Source: a virus. From it: a stretch of DNA of 34,566 nt. The notes under the pieces were generated by a model. It worked only from the letters and a program-made list of their open reading frames with translations. It ran no database searches and was not told where the DNA came from. Below are positions 1 through 9,236 of the stretch, in pieces. The stretch is from IMG/VR virus record IMGVR_UViG_3300019487_000022, positions 89,241 through 123,806 of that record. One strand, written 5' to 3'. The position numbers and the translations under genes are program-made. Numbering within the stretch: position 1 is the first letter of the stretch; each line of letters opens with the position of its first letter.

Positions 1-1737
1 TTTGGTAATGTTTATTTAGAAGAAAATATTTACGATAGAATTGGCGGAAATAAAAATATCCCTCATCCAAATAAAGATGGTCGGCGAAGAAGATATAATG
101 CAGCTTATATTTACAATAAAAAAGGAGAACCCGCAACAAGGGCAATTAATACTCTCAATTTGTTGCCTAAAGGCATACAAATTAAATCAAATCTTCCTAA
201 CTATAGATTCTTTGATGATGTAAGATATTTCTTTTCAATGCAAGATCATATTAAAGAATTTGGTATTTCAAATATCGGTGCTTATAGCCCATTTGACATT
301 GATGGTATTAACATTGGATTCGCATTGTGTGAAGATTTATGGTGCGAAGATTACAGAGAAGGCGAAGAATCAATCAATCCAACTAAATACTTGGCAGAAA
401 ATGGTGCAGAGGTTATAGTTAATCTTTCTGCTAGTCCCTGGACTTACGGTAAAAAAGATGCAAGACATAAAAGAGTAAAAAAAGTTCTAAGCGATTACAG
501 ACCTATTAATAAAGCAAGAATGCCCGTCTCTATGTTCTATGTCAATTGTTGCGGTGTGCAGAACAATGGCAAAAACATCATAACATTTGATGGCGGTTCT
601 ACAATTTACGATGGAGCAGGGAATCCTGTTGTTGTTTCAAACGAAATGTTTAAGATGGATCTTCTTATAGCCTCTGTATCTTCAAACTTGCAGATAGAAA
701 ATTCTAATATAAATTCAGATTTATCGTCTCCAAATGTTTTAGTAAAACGTGATAAAATTGAAGAAAAGTATTTAGCTATTAAAACGGCTATTCAACATTT
801 TGTTAAATGCAATGCTGTAATTGGTGTAAGTGGAGGCATTGACTCCGCAGTAGATGCGGCTCTATTTGCTGACGCTATTGGTCCAGAGAATGTTATCGGT
901 ATCAATATGCCTACCAGGTATAACAGCGAAACTACTAAGAATGCGGCTAAAGAATTATGCGATAATCTTAAAATCCCATATTATGTAATCCCTATCGAAG
1001 ATATGGTGGAAGCAAATAGAAAGGCATTAGACAAATATAGCAAGCTTAAAAAGCAAGATACATTCCTACAGTCTCTTGTTGAAGAGAATATTCAAGCTAA
1101 AATCCGTGGCGCAAGTGTTTTATCCAATATTGCGCAGATGGAGAATGGGATTTTTGTAAATAATGGAAATAAAATTGAGGTTGCTATTGGATATGCTACT
1201 CTTTACGGAGATTGGGGCGGTGCTATTGCTCCTTTAGGAGATTTAACAAAAACAGAAGTATATGAATTAGGAAAATACCTTAATCAGCATGTCTTTAAGA
1301 AAGAGGTTATTCCTGCCGCATCTTTTAATGTTGCTCCAAGTGCTGAATTAAAAGAAAATCAAAAAGATCCCATTATTGTAGAATACCATTCTGCAATGAT
1401 CGATAAAATGACAAACTATATGATTGCCTCTGCAACTGATTTTATGGAATGGTGGCTAGAGGGTAAGTTAGAAGAAAAATTAGGTATTTCTAATGATGTT
1501 CTGCAAAAATACAATCTTACAAATGCTGAAGTATTTTTGAAAGATTTGAAGTTTATATTATCTCGGGAAAGAAATCAGGTTTTCAAACGAGTACAAAGTG
1601 TTCCTATTGTTGTTACTTCCAAGACAGCTTACGGATACGATAGAAGAGAAAGTATAATGCCTTCTTATACTTGGACTAAAAAAGCTGAAGAATTAGAAAA
1701 GCGTATTAGAGAACGCGGTAGTTATACCTTTTCATAA
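1..1737 (+). CDS. nadE: glutamine-dependent NAD+ synthetase (nitrilase/CN-hydrolase domain + synthetase domain), 5'-partial
   Basis: Frame is open from base 1. Motifs: KxxLPNYRFFDD, CEDLW (catalytic Cys), NLSASP, FDGGS, SGGIDS (PP-loop), GYATLYGD, PSAEL. Confidence 0.95.
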   Translation, partial: FGNVYLEENIYDRIGGNKNIPHPNKDGRRRRYNAAYIYNKKGEPATRAINTLNLLPKGIQIKSNLPNYRFFDDVRYFFSMQDHIKEFGISNIGAYSPFDIDGINIGFALCEDLWCEDYREGEESINPTKYLAENGAEVIVNLSASPWTYGKKDARHKRVKKVLSDYRPINKARMPVSMFYVNCCGVQNNGKNIITFDGGSTIYDGAGNPVVVSNEMFKMDLLIASVSSNLQIENSNINSDLSSPNVLVKRDKIEEKYLAIKTAIQHFVKCNAVIGVSGGIDSAVDAALFADAIGPENVIGINMPTRYNSETTKNAAKELCDNLKIPYYVIPIEDMVEANRKALDKYSKLKKQDTFLQSLVEENIQAKIRGASVLSNIAQMENGIFVNNGNKIEVAIGYATLYGDWGGAIAPLGDLTKTEVYELGKYLNQHVFKKEVIPAASFNVAPSAELKENQKDPIIVEYHSAMIDKMTNYMIASATDFMEWWLEGKLEEKLGISNDVLQKYNLTNAEVFLKDLKFILSRERNQVFKRVQSVPIVVTSKTAYGYDRRESIMPSYTWTKKAEELEKRIRERGSYTFS

Positions 1738-2690
1738 AGACCATGCGGATCTTCAATCTCATCTTCCATATTATCTGCGGCGTCTCCGCTGAATGTAGGT
1801 TCGATTAAATCCTTTAGTTTCTCTCGTACTCGCTTAACCTCATTTTCTGTTGTGGTACTTTGAATATTATAAGCGATACCTGGTTCTGCTTTGTGTCCAA
1901 AGATTTTACGTTTTGCTTCTTCCGGCAAATAATCTTTAGTAATTTCTTCTAAATGAACAACTTGTTCTAATGCTTTCTTCTTAATAAAGATTTGCCATAC
2001 AAGAAGACCAATACATGCCACTAATAGTACAAGACCACCTAGTGCTATTTGTTCTAAATATTTGCTTACAACAATAGAAACTACTAATGTTGATCCAGCT
2101 GCTCCAAGAAGAATAGTTCCAGTTTTTAGACCCCCGTGGAACATTAATGCAATACCACCACCAGCCACAATAACACATATTACAATAACCCAACGCAATA
2201 GTTTTTGTGTAGCACTGTTCTTTTCAGCAATAGCGTTATCTCTTTCTTTAATCGCACTATCTCGTTCTGAAACAGCCTTATCTATATTTGCTTCGAGTTG
2301 AGTTACTTTTTGACCTATCAATCCTATTGTCACCTTAGCATCATTAAGTAGAGCAGTAAGACGACGAATTTCCGCCGTTTCTTTATTTATATTTGTTGAT
2401 GATGTCCTTACATCCTCAATGTTAGGTTTAATTTGATTTTCCACTTCGTCTGGTACGGATTGCTCTATATTAGTGATAGCAGTTCGTATAGCTTCTGTAT
2501 ATGTATCTATCTTTTCAGAAGATGCATTTATCCCATCATGAGCTATTGCTACATTCTTTTCTGCACTCTTTACATCTTGTAAAGTTTTTAAATCTGGAAA
2601 AGGAGTTGAAGATGTTTTGGGGCGACAAGAGGCAAAAGTTATCGCCAACAATAAAGTAAGACTATAAAGTAATGTTCTAGTAAATTTCAA
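1722..2690 (-). CDS. lipoprotein with coiled coil and three C-terminal TM helices (spanin-like candidate)
   Basis: Signal peptide ending in lipobox FAS-C, long heptad-rich middle region, three hydrophobic segments near the C-terminus; lies near the lysozyme gene. Confidence 0.6.
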   Translation of the reverse strand: MKFTRTLLYSLTLLLAITFASCRPKTSSTPFPDLKTLQDVKSAEKNVAIAHDGINASSEKIDTYTEAIRTAITNIEQSVPDEVENQIKPNIEDVRTSSTNINKETAEIRRLTALLNDAKVTIGLIGQKVTQLEANIDKAVSERDSAIKERDNAIAEKNSATQKLLRWVIVICVIVAGGGIALMFHGGLKTGTILLGAAGSTLVVSIVVSKYLEQIALGGLVLLVACIGLLVWQIFIKKKALEQVVHLEEITKDYLPEEAKRKIFGHKAEPGIAYNIQSTTTENEVKRVREKLKDLIEPTFSGDAADNMEDEIEDPHGLYEKV

Positions 2691-2737
2691 AGGATTCTCC
2701 AGGTAACTATATATCCTGGTTATTCCTTTTAATTAAT

Positions 2738-3091
2738 TTACATTCCTTGTTCATCCGTTCCATCAGATTTTTGAATCGGTTTTATATCATCCAATGATCC
2801 AAATAACTCATATATTATCCATGTAATAAATATTGAGCCAAAACCTGATAAAGGCCATAGAATAAAATCTGATTTAGTAGATAATAAGATTATCAAATCC
2901 GCTAATAACGTAGTCCAAAAACTTAAGCAGACCGTGCAATCCAGTACGGGCTCTGCTGGCGGATACCAATATCTTAAAAAACGACGTAAAGGTGAAGCAA
3001 TTATATGAACGGGCCATCTATCCCCTTTTTCAACAATAGCAACTGCCATTCCACAACCAGCTATGATAGATATAATAAACCAAGTCAACAT
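2738..3091 (-). CDS. small membrane protein, DUF1360-like (possible holin)
   Basis: Three hydrophobic segments with a CTVCLSFW (CxxCxSxW) motif. Confidence 0.55.
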   Translation of the reverse strand: MLTWFIISIIAGCGMAVAIVEKGDRWPVHIIASPLRRFLRYWYPPAEPVLDCTVCLSFWTTLLADLIILLSTKSDFILWPLSGFGSIFITWIIYELFGSLDDIKPIQKSDGTDEQGM

Positions 3092-3375
3092 TATTTTTTA
3101 GCCTTTCTTCCTGTAACCATTTCCCATGCAGAAGGCTTAGGTTTTGGAGGATGATCTTTTGCCCATTTAAGTTTTCCATATTTTCTTATTGCTAAATGTT
3201 TTATAGTTATTTCTTCAGAAGGATTAAGATTAAACCATTCCCATTCAGTCAATTCTCTATATAAATCTAAATCTGCGTTTTCCAGTGGTTGACCAGGATT
3301 TTCAACAGCAATTTTAAATTTAGTATATACTTCTGTAGCCCATTTAATCGCTTGATCTTGAAGTTCTTTATCCAT
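3091..3375 (-). CDS. hypothetical protein
   Basis: ORF track; start moved to MDKELQ (GGAG upstream) to avoid overlap with the lysozyme gene. Confidence 0.6.
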   Translation of the reverse strand: MDKELQDQAIKWATEVYTKFKIAVENPGQPLENADLDLYRELTEWEWFNLNPSEEITIKHLAIRKYGKLKWAKDHPPKPKPSAWEMVTGRKAKK

Positions 3376-3430
3376 TTTAGTCGTTTCTCCAGAAGGTTTA
3401 ACCACTAAATATATCGGAATAATAATCACT

Positions 3431-4276
3431 ATGAACTGGTTTAGAAGGTCATTTAGCACATCCTATAATCCGAAATTAGCTGCTAATTGGAAGGATTATA
3501 GAAAAGGATTTTACGGTCCTGCTTTTTTAGGACTGTTAAATGTCTTTTTAAATATGGGGTATAGCCCAGCTGAAGCTCAGCAACTCGCAGAAAAACAATA
3601 TACAGCACAAAATAGTTCAAATGTTACAACACAACCTTCAATAGCTCAACCGACTTCACAACCCATTATTAGTCCTATTGTAACAGAATATTCAACTACT
3701 CAGCCAACTACACAACCTGTAAATCCTACAACTCAGCAAAGTCAAGGATTTAACTACGATGATTTTTACGATCATTTATCTCAAGATAATATCGAAGGTT
3801 ATAGGACAAAGGTTTACGATGATGGAGTTGGAGTAAAAACTATTGGCGTAGGTCATGCAATGGGGAAAAATCCCAATGATAATTGGGCTACAAGAAGTCG
3901 TGAAGTATTTAAAAAGTTATTTCCTGAAGATCCTGATTTATGGGAAAAAGTTTGGAATGGACAAGAATTAACCCCAGAACAAATTGGAAAGCTTACTTTT
4001 GAAGATATTGAACAGCATCTTACTACTGCAAAACGAGTAATGCCAAATTTTGATACTTACCCTTATTATCTACAAAAGGCTCTCCTTGATGGAATTTATC
4101 GTGGAGATATAGGTCCAAAAACCAAAAATCTAATTAACCAAGGTAAATGGCAAGAAGCCGCTGACGAATATATTAACCGTGAAGATTATCGTAATGCAGA
4201 GGAAAATAATATGAGAGGCATAAAAACTCGAATGAATAGTAACAGAGATGCTATGCTTCAATATTATAAAAACTAA
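3431..4276 (+). CDS. GH24 (T4-type) lysozyme with N-terminal hydrophobic segment and Thr/Gln/Pro linker
   Basis: E-x8-D-x5-T catalytic triad in EGYRTKVYDDGVGVKTIGVGH; C-terminal W-x-x-AA-x-E motif; TTQP repeats. Confidence 0.88.
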   Translation: MNWFRRSFSTSYNPKLAANWKDYRKGFYGPAFLGLLNVFLNMGYSPAEAQQLAEKQYTAQNSSNVTTQPSIAQPTSQPIISPIVTEYSTTQPTTQPVNPTTQQSQGFNYDDFYDHLSQDNIEGYRTKVYDDGVGVKTIGVGHAMGKNPNDNWATRSREVFKKLFPEDPDLWEKVWNGQELTPEQIGKLTFEDIEQHLTTAKRVMPNFDTYPYYLQKALLDGIYRGDIGPKTKNLINQGKWQEAADEYINREDYRNAEENNMRGIKTRMNSNRDAMLQYYKN

Positions 4277-4278
4277 AA

Positions 4279-4557
4279 ATGAGCTGTAATTGCGCAAAAG
4301 GTAATAAACGAATACAAGAAGAGCAAAGACATAAGGATTTAATTAATGGTACTATTCAATCTGTGTCATTAGAAGTCTTGCAACAACGACGTGAAGCATG
4401 TAGAACCTGTCCGTTAGCCACTAAGAACCCAAACCCAAAATACGCCAAATTTGGCGGTTTAACGAATTTAAGTAAATGTAAGCGAACGGACAGGTTATTA
4501 CTTTCCGCATTAAAAGATCCCGAATATAAATGCCCAGAAAAACTATTTAAGCAATAG
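4279..4557 (+). CDS. Cys-rich hypothetical protein
   Basis: ORF starts 2 nt after the lysozyme stop; CxC, CxxCP and CP motifs. Confidence 0.7.
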   Translation: MSCNCAKGNKRIQEEQRHKDLINGTIQSVSLEVLQQRREACRTCPLATKNPNPKYAKFGGLTNLSKCKRTDRLLLSALKDPEYKCPEKLFKQ

Positions 4558-4684
4558 TTTTAGGCTTACGTTTACGGCTAGCTCTTGCGGCTTCTATTGA
4601 AGCACGAAGTTCTTTACGTAATTCTCTTTTTCTTTCATCTCTGCGTTTTCTGATTCTACGTAATTTTTTAGCTATTTTATGCAT
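4547..4684 (-). CDS. 45-aa highly basic small protein (not in ORF track)
   Basis: Hand translation MHKIAKKLRRIRKRRDERKRELRKELRASIEAARASRKRKPKTIA; starts 1 nt after the upstream stop. Confidence 0.55.
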   Translation of the reverse strand: MHKIAKKLRRIRKRRDERKRELRKELRASIEAARASRKRKPKTIA

Positions 4685-4685
4685 G

Positions 4686-5090
4686 TTATTCATCCTCATC
4701 TGAATATCTGGATATAGGTTGATTAGCGTCTAGATATCTTCCAACTTTGTCTATAACAACTTCACTAACACCCACATCTCTTAATGTCTTTTCCCAATTA
4801 TCATCTCTAATATCTCCACATCCAAACTCAAATCGATTTCCTATTATCAACTGACAAGGATTGGTGAATAATTTTATCCCATCAATATTGGTATAAGGAG
4901 AAGCATATAAGACAGAATCGCTACAACAACCACAACTATGATAAATATCAACGTCTGTTGTTATAGATGCTATTTCTTTAGACACTAATCTTACTTTTCC
5001 CCATCTATCTTTTCTTTCTTCAATATCTGGAAATTTTTCTAAAAGTTTACTTACTTTTTCTTCATTTAATTTTTGAGCTAATGCTGTCAT
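4686..5090 (-). CDS. hypothetical protein (HSCGCC motif)
   Basis: Start moved to MTALAQ, immediately after the Pth2-like stop. Confidence 0.7.
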   Translation of the reverse strand: MTALAQKLNEEKVSKLLEKFPDIEERKDRWGKVRLVSKEIASITTDVDIYHSCGCCSDSVLYASPYTNIDGIKLFTNPCQLIIGNRFEFGCGDIRDDNWEKTLRDVGVSEVVIDKVGRYLDANQPISRYSDEDE

Positions 5091-5091
5091 T

Positions 5092-5430
5092 TTATTTCTC
5101 CTTAATTTTGAATAATTGAAAACTTTTAAGCGCAATACGAGCATCACCCTGCAACGGCGCAGTAGCAATAGCTGTAATTTCATTGTTTCGATCTGGCTCT
5201 CGCCAAATCTTAAAGGGTATATCGGCAGCTTTAAGTTTATTTATTGCCGTTTCGAGTTGAGATAGGCTATCAACGGAGCATAAACAGAGATGAGGATGCT
5301 CTTGATAATTGTGATATTCTAATGTTGATTCTATTGCCGCATGACAGGCTTGCACGGCAATCTGAGGAATGGATAGATCGTTGCGTGTGATAATATAAAC
5401 ATACTGATTTTGATTGTTAACTCACTTCAT
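5092..5430 (-). CDS. Pth2-like peptidyl-tRNA hydrolase with in-frame TGA at codon 3
   Basis: AAGGAG RBS, then ATG AAG TGA GTT..., in frame with YVYIITRNDL-x3-QIAVQACHA and EPD-x3-EITAIA motifs of the PTH2 fold. Confidence 0.8.
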
Positions 5431-5485
5431 TTTAATCTCCTTGTAGTATAAGTTAGTTACTTCTAAAATTTTAATCGACCTTTTG

Positions 5486-5677
5486 TCATCTTACAATATG
5501 ATATCCAGCTATTCCCAGGGGCCAAAAAATTACTTCTAAGATAACACATACCCAAAATAAATACATTATTTTAAGTATTTTAAAATCTGTATAAAACAAA
5601 CGACTGATTTTATTTGCCCACCATATACCTATTCCGAGGTATAATAAAGAAGCAAAAATAATTAACATTGTTAGCAT
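5486..5677 (-). CDS. small two-TM membrane protein
   Basis: Two hydrophobic segments; starts 3 nt after the tRNA 3' end. Confidence 0.6.
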   Translation of the reverse strand: MLTMLIIFASLLYLGIGIWWANKISRLFYTDFKILKIMYLFWVCVILEVIFWPLGIAGYHIVR

Positions 5678-5680
5678 AAA

Positions 5681-5754
5681 TGCGTCACGGTGGGACTTGA
5701 ACCCACAACCTGAAGATTTGAAATCCTCCGCTCTGCCAATTGAGCTACGTGAGC
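5681..5754 (-). tRNA. tRNA with UCA anticodon (opal suppressor-type), acceptor stem with one bulged C
   Basis: GCTCACG/CGTGA(C)GC-A; D-arm GCTC/GAGC; anticodon arm GAGGA-TTTCAAA-TCTTC; 5-nt variable loop (not a tRNA-Sec body); T-arm GTGGG-TTCAAGT-CCCAC. Confidence 0.88.
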
Positions 5755-5799
5755 ATATATGTATGCTACTTTAAATTAAAGCACCATACATATTTAAAT

Positions 5800-6558
5800 T
5801 TATGTATTATCTTTAATGTCTGTATCTTCTTTAGGATTTTCTGCAAAGAAATCCTGAGTTGTTAAAGACATTAACTCATCTGCTGCTTCTTTATTATCTG
5901 TGGAACGAGCTCTAACAGCGGATTTAACTTTACTGACATATGATATACGAGAAGTTCGTAATGTGTCAAATGCATTTTTTGTTCCTTTTTCAGATGGAAC
6001 ATAATTTAATGTGTTATTTACACTAAATCCTAGTTCTTTAGCAGTTTTAAGGGTATTCTCATCGCACCCTATAAATGTGAATGTCCATGCACGACTTGAA
6101 CGAAATTCTTCCAATATTGTTTTAAGTTTACCGAAGTCTCGCCATTCTTGCGATGAAGAATTTTCGCCTCCATCAGTAAAAATAGTGACTACAACATTGA
6201 CACTTTGAGAAGTCAATTGATCCCTAATCTCTTCAGAAAGACGTTGTACTGTTTTTCCAATTGCCTCATATAGTGCAGTACTTCCTGATGGACTATATGT
6301 ATTAGTGGTCAAGTCTTTGATTTGATTAACAGGCTTATCCCATATATCACAAGAAACTGAATCATTAAAAGTAACAAAATATAATTTTTGTTCTATTTCT
6401 GAATCGTTTTCTTGTTCTTTACGAAGTGCGATCAGGTTTTCGTTAAACCCGTCGATAGTTGACTGACGAACCGATGTCATAGAACCGCTTTTATCCAAAA
6501 TCAGTACATGACATATTGTGTGTTTACCTAACACACTCTGAGCTGCATTTGTAGACAT
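5800..6558 (-). CDS. von Willebrand factor A (vWA) domain protein
   Basis: MIDAS LDKSGSM, TALYEAI, FTDGGEN. Confidence 0.9.
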   Translation of the reverse strand: MSTNAAQSVLGKHTICHVLILDKSGSMTSVRQSTIDGFNENLIALRKEQENDSEIEQKLYFVTFNDSVSCDIWDKPVNQIKDLTTNTYSPSGSTALYEAIGKTVQRLSEEIRDQLTSQSVNVVVTIFTDGGENSSSQEWRDFGKLKTILEEFRSSRAWTFTFIGCDENTLKTAKELGFSVNNTLNYVPSEKGTKNAFDTLRTSRISYVSKVKSAVRARSTDNKEAADELMSLTTQDFFAENPKEDTDIKDNT

Positions 6559-6638
6559 AAAGTCTCCTCTCTACTCTATTTATAAGCGGAATTGCCTATA
6601 AAACTCTCTCAAAAGCAAAATCTTTAATGGTTACAACA

Positions 6639-7640
6639 TTAAAGGATTTTATTGCTTACTCTCTCTAAGTATTCATTCGTCTTTTCAATATCTTTTACTT
6701 TAAAAACCAATATAACTTTATTCCAAAGTACATCTTGTTCTTTCACAAAAACAGAATTGGTAATGTACCTTTTTATTTCTTTTCGATTTAATTCTTTCAT
6801 GCTTTTACAATAAATGCCTTTTCTTCCATAGTACTCGCTATTTTCTGCCTTACCTTTTAAGAAAACATCGTAAAGATCAGGAAATACCCAACGTCCGCAT
6901 TGGTCACGATTAAACATTCTTAATTCGTGAGTCAACCATCCATGAGTAGCTTTGGTTGCCTCTAATTCCTTTTGTAAACGATCTCTGTGTTCTGCTCTCC
7001 AAGGTATATAAACAGGCTCAGGGATTTCAGCAAATGTTAATAAATGCCATTTTCCTTTGTAAGAGTGGCATTGATGCCATTTATCCACTTCTATACGATA
7101 ATATGGTGTTTTATCAACACGATATCGATCATTTTTAGGAACTAATTCTAATAATCCAGTTCCTGGATGAACATATACTATGGCATAAGACTCGGAGATT
7201 GGAAGATAAGGAATGCCTTTAGCAATATCTCCACGTATAGAAAAACGATAGATATAATCCGAAGCAAAATATACTTCGCCTTCTTCGTTTAAGAAGGTTT
7301 TTTCTTCCACATAATCTTTTGCATGTTGCCAAATGTGATATTGTACAGCAGAGCTGGGATTTATGTATTCACACATTTCAGAGAATACTTGGTCCCAAGA
7401 TCTTCCAACTTGGCTACGAAGGTAACGCATTAAGGGATTGAGATTTTCATTCAATTCCTTGCATTCCCAGCTTTTTGTCCAATTACGGATACCTTCACGA
7501 TCTGTCAAAAGATCGTAATTGTCGTTATGAATACAACGGTTTAACTCGTGTTTTAATTCATTGCGACGTTCACGGTATTTAGTTGCGTGTCCTTTGTATC
7601 GTGGACGTTCCACGATAACCTTTGCCATATCTGATCTCAT
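6639..7640 (-). CDS. conserved hypothetical protein (MRSDMAKVIVERPR...NENLNPL.RYL family)
   Basis: Long ORF with an AAAGGA RBS; the N-terminus resembles a widespread uncharacterised family. Confidence 0.75.
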   Translation of the reverse strand: MRSDMAKVIVERPRYKGHATKYRERRNELKHELNRCIHNDNYDLLTDREGIRNWTKSWECKELNENLNPLMRYLRSQVGRSWDQVFSEMCEYINPSSAVQYHIWQHAKDYVEEKTFLNEEGEVYFASDYIYRFSIRGDIAKGIPYLPISESYAIVYVHPGTGLLELVPKNDRYRVDKTPYYRIEVDKWHQCHSYKGKWHLLTFAEIPEPVYIPWRAEHRDRLQKELEATKATHGWLTHELRMFNRDQCGRWVFPDLYDVFLKGKAENSEYYGRKGIYCKSMKELNRKEIKRYITNSVFVKEQDVLWNKVILVFKVKDIEKTNEYLERVSNKIL

Positions 7641-7749
7641 GTAAGTTCCTTTCGTGTCTACACCTACACATGTGCGTTGTAGACCATAGCTTACTAGTTG
7701 CAGCTATGCCGCCATTCGCGGACGAAAAAGAATATGAAAAACCAGTCAT
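7579..7749 (-). promoter_or_regulatory. putative leader ORF (MTGFSYSFSSA...) with structured 5' region overlapping the start of the 6639-7640 gene
   Basis: AGGAG RBS; TCA/TCT/TCG/TCC Ser cluster; hairpins CATAGCT/AGCTATG and GTCTACA/TGTAGAC; TTTTTCGT complementary to ACGAAAGG over the downstream RBS. Confidence 0.5.
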
Positions 7750-7827
7750 AACAAAATCTCCTAAACAAATACCGAATAACCAACTTCCGTAATTAATATC
7801 GAGTTATTTTTCTCTGGAGAAACAACT

Positions 7828-8400
7828 TTATTTTGCCTCTCTTTGAGACAAATATAAATCTAGTATGCTATATTTCTTTGGTAAGTTCAGCTTTGACGGA
7901 GCTTTACCACTCAATATTGTTTTTTGTGCTTCTAAAAATGCCTCATCACATGAGGTACATCCTCCACCATTACAGGATGTGTTTTGACATTTTGGACATT
8001 GAATCGCAGGAGTTTCGCATACATCGCACCAAAACCAAAAATATTCAGAATCCATGAAAGTATCCTTATGTTTTAGAATTGTAGGGAACATATTACTAAA
8101 GAATTTTTGTTCTTTAGGTTTGTTGCACTCTATCAATATATTATCTGGTCCCGTCAATTCCTTTTTGATCCATTCATTATAATCAGAACGTCTTAATTTG
8201 GCAGGTAAAGCCATTTCTTGTAAAACTCTTTTTTGAGCAAGAGTTAATTTTTTAGGGCGTGAAAATACTATCGTGGATGTTAACGGACGTTCGATTTTCT
8301 CCCCAATATTTAGATCAACTGAATAACAAATTGCATTATCATTTGTTCTAATAGGGATAGTTAACAATAATATTAAAGCAAGATATATATTATACCACAT
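7828..8400 (-). CDS. hypothetical protein with N-terminal hydrophobic segment and C-terminal Cys cluster
   Basis: CxxC...CPKC...CNGGGCxxC. Confidence 0.65.
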   Translation of the reverse strand: MWYNIYLALILLLTIPIRTNDNAICYSVDLNIGEKIERPLTSTIVFSRPKKLTLAQKRVLQEMALPAKLRRSDYNEWIKKELTGPDNILIECNKPKEQKFFSNMFPTILKHKDTFMDSEYFWFWCDVCETPAIQCPKCQNTSCNGGGCTSCDEAFLEAQKTILSGKAPSKLNLPKKYSILDLYLSQREAK

Positions 8401-8413
8401 ACACCATATAAAA

Positions 8414-8869
8414 CTATATTAAAACTTCTTTTATAAGATCTGATAATGATAAGCAAGCATTTCTTTTAGTTTCTAGATTATAAAGCCAATCTAAATAGTT
8501 AGTGTGACATGCGCCGTCAGGTCGTCCATAATAGAGCCTGCCACTTGTTACATATCTACCAAATTCTACATTAGTAGTAAGTGCTGGCATATTTGTCATA
8601 TTACGTGGAACCCAACAGACGATCTTTTTGCAATTTTCTAGCCAGAAACGTTCCCAATTAACTTGATCTAGAAAATCTATTCTGGATTGAAAACTTTTAA
8701 ATTCAGGAATTAATATTACACCGTCAAAGTTCTGAATGATTAATTCTTGAATTGCTTCTGGACGCCAAGATTTTACATCTGGATTTCTGGGTGTAGGTCC
8801 AGCTAAGAAAATAGTGTCAAATCTTAATAATTCTGAATCAATAGGATCGTCAGAATAAACTATTTTCAT
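8414..8869 (-). CDS. nucleoside 2-deoxyribosyltransferase-like protein
   Basis: IFLAGPTPR, SWR, Q-x-x-WE and P-x-x-TTNVEFG motifs. Confidence 0.8.
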   Translation of the reverse strand: MKIVYSDDPIDSELLRFDTIFLAGPTPRNPDVKSWRPEAIQELIIQNFDGVILIPEFKSFQSRIDFLDQVNWERFWLENCKKIVCWVPRNMTNMPALTTNVEFGRYVTSGRLYYGRPDGACHTNYLDWLYNLETKRNACLSLSDLIKEVLI

Positions 8870-8876
8870 ATTTATC

Positions 8877-9236
8877 TCACACTATATCTATTGATAAAAA
8901 TTTTATACCACATGAATTTACCAGTTTTGGTTCATCTTTATTTACTTTTTCAGGAGATGATACATATCCAACAAATGAATTTTTATTACATGTAGTAAAA
9001 GTAAATCTATTATTGTTATCTATATACACGGGACCATCAGGAGAACCGGAACCTATTGAGACTCTATTATTAGAAGCATCAACGAAAAAAAGTGAACCTT
9101 CTTGTGTTTCTATAATAGGAAAATTTCCAGATGATTTGTCTTCTATCTTCCCTGAGCCATTGCATTTCGTACATTTTTTCTTACTGACAAGTAAAGGAAT
9201 GTACCCGTCGCCCTTACATTCATCGCATTTCTTCAT
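8877..9236 (-). CDS. hypothetical protein with DnaJ-type CxxCxGxG zinc finger
   Basis: CDECKGDG and CTKCNGSG. Confidence 0.65.
   Translation of the reverse strand: MKKCDECKGDGYIPLLVSKKKCTKCNGSGKIEDKSSGNFPIIETQEGSLFFVDASNNRVSIGSGSPDGPVYIDNNNRFTFTTCNKNSFVGYVSSPEKVNKDEPKLVNSCGIKFLSIDIV

Noticed and set aside
1981-2301. Short overlapping or antisense ORFs inside long genes (also 6011, 6956, 7833, 9013, 9947, 10041, 10305, 12282, 12863, 12894, 24000, 26478, 31865, 31984)
   Set aside because: Largely or fully overlapped by better-supported CDSs, with no recognisable motifs.
5681-5754. tRNA-Sec call
   Set aside because: Short variable loop and standard D-arm; no sel genes in the window.
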